DNA of 64,000 nt from the human T2T-CHM13v2.0 reference genome, Homo sapiens. The stretch lies in NCBI RefSeq assembly GCF_009914755.1, contig NC_060929.1; one strand, 5' to 3'. The notes below the pieces were generated by a model. It did no database searches. It saw only the letters and a program-made list of their open reading frames with translations, and was not told the DNA's origin. Of this stretch, positions 62,621 to 64,000 are shown one piece after another. Numbering within the stretch: the stretch's first letter is position 1; each line of letters starts with the position of its first letter. Both the position numbers and the translations under genes were made by a program.

Positions 62621-64000
62621 GACGCTTAGCAGGTGGGAGGTGAAGTTGTTTCTGCCCTGGTGTTGTAAAAGATACTGAAAATGAAACCATGGTTCCACAC
62701 AGCCCATGAGCCAAGGCTGTCCACCACAAGGTACATGGATTTAAGCCCCAGTGAGTGCTCTGAGTGTCCTAGAGGTAGCAAGAGAGCTGGACCCCATGGA
62801 AGGGTATGTCTGCATAGCCCCTGGTCCAACCTCTCAAACAGCAAGGTGCATCCAGGCCGCTGTATCTGTGCATATGAAGACTTTCCCTGAGCTACTAACT
62901 CCAAGAAGGACAAGGGCCCTACATCTTGAGGTTACCAAATTCCTTTTAATGACTCTTAAGTGCTTCCTTACAACTTTCTATAAATCCACCAGCTCATCCC
63001 CACCCGAGAACTCCACACGCAACCTCATTAGGAGGCAGTGAGTGGTGGAAAATATTGATACTTCTGGCTAATGGCGTTATTAATACCATTACCATTCATA
63101 TCACCTCGTAAACGACTCTTATAGGACATTTAGCATGGCTAAGTCCAAATGAAGATAATATTGTTGCTAATTATCTCTCTATAAACTTATTTCATGGCAG
63201 GGAACAAGGGCCCTTATATCCTCTGATTACTCAGTTGCCAGAACCATAAGGAAGTAGGAAAGACTGCATGAAGATGTGCCCTCTGGGGATGATTCATTAT
63301 GAAGAAGTGTGGTTTGCAAAAGCACAAGAGCTGTTTGGAGATTTTTAAAAAGAAAGGAATGCTAATTTGTGAGAGAGGGGACAGGGAGGAAACATCTCAG
63401 GGAGCCAGAACTGATCAAGGCTGACTCTCTGGCACCGCTGGATGGGATTCGCAAGCTGGCTCTCTCGGGTCCCTGTGTCCAAGGGTCAGAAAGTGGCCTA
63501 GGTAGGGCACGCCTGAGCTGCTCATTTTGGTGATAACTACACGGTGGAGCTCCAGGGAGGGAAGCTGAGCAAGTGTCCTCATCTCATGAGAGGGTTCTAA
63601 ATCCAGCAGCCCTACAATCACATTTTGAAATGACTCGCATTTTCTTATTTACTCAGTGGCTTACTTAGCACTTGCGGACTTAACTGGGGCTTGTCTGAAG
63701 CTGGTGGAGGGGTTTATGCTGTCTCAGGAAGCAGTGTCAGCCTTGCGATTTCGCCTCCTGCATTGTTTGGGAAACATTACTCCCAGATAAGACTCCAAAG
63801 TGATTACTCTAAAGGAAGCTGTGAATAAGAAAATAAATGTTTTTCTTTTTCTCTTTCTAGCTGAGCTCAGACGATTTACAGTATTAAATGTCCCCTTGTA
63901 CTCAGGAGAACTAGAATTGATTTTTTTTTCTTAAAACTGCTCATTGGGTTGCTTATAAATTTCTCTAGCTGTTGTTATCAAGTTGTAAATTGCAGTTATG

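Overview
This is mammalian, almost certainly human or ape, non-coding genomic DNA. It is CpG-depleted, has no CpG island, and carries primate-specific AluY/AluS, LTR1, LTR9 and MER4 LTRs. I cannot support any intact protein-coding gene: the ORF track is mostly chance ORFs plus L1, Alu and LTR read-through. A large share of the window is transposon relics (L1PB, L1ME, L2, MIR, MaLR, ERV1/ERVL LTRs, hAT elements). These include a nested Charlie/L1PB/MST stack and a deleted two-LTR ERVL provirus. Between them lie several AT-rich, homeodomain-motif-dense unique islands that resemble developmental enhancers in a gene desert or large intron. The most unusual structure is a local rearrangement at about 15.6-17.2 kb: a 145-bp inverted duplication about 1 kb apart, a 75-bp direct templated insertion of similar divergence, and palindromic or slippage filler near the junctions. 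A second templated duplication copies a MER20 end plus its TSD inside the ERVL. I found no evidence for a novel multi-gene system. Repeat family names come from my memory of consensus sequences, boundaries without TSDs are approximate, and I could not identify the locus.
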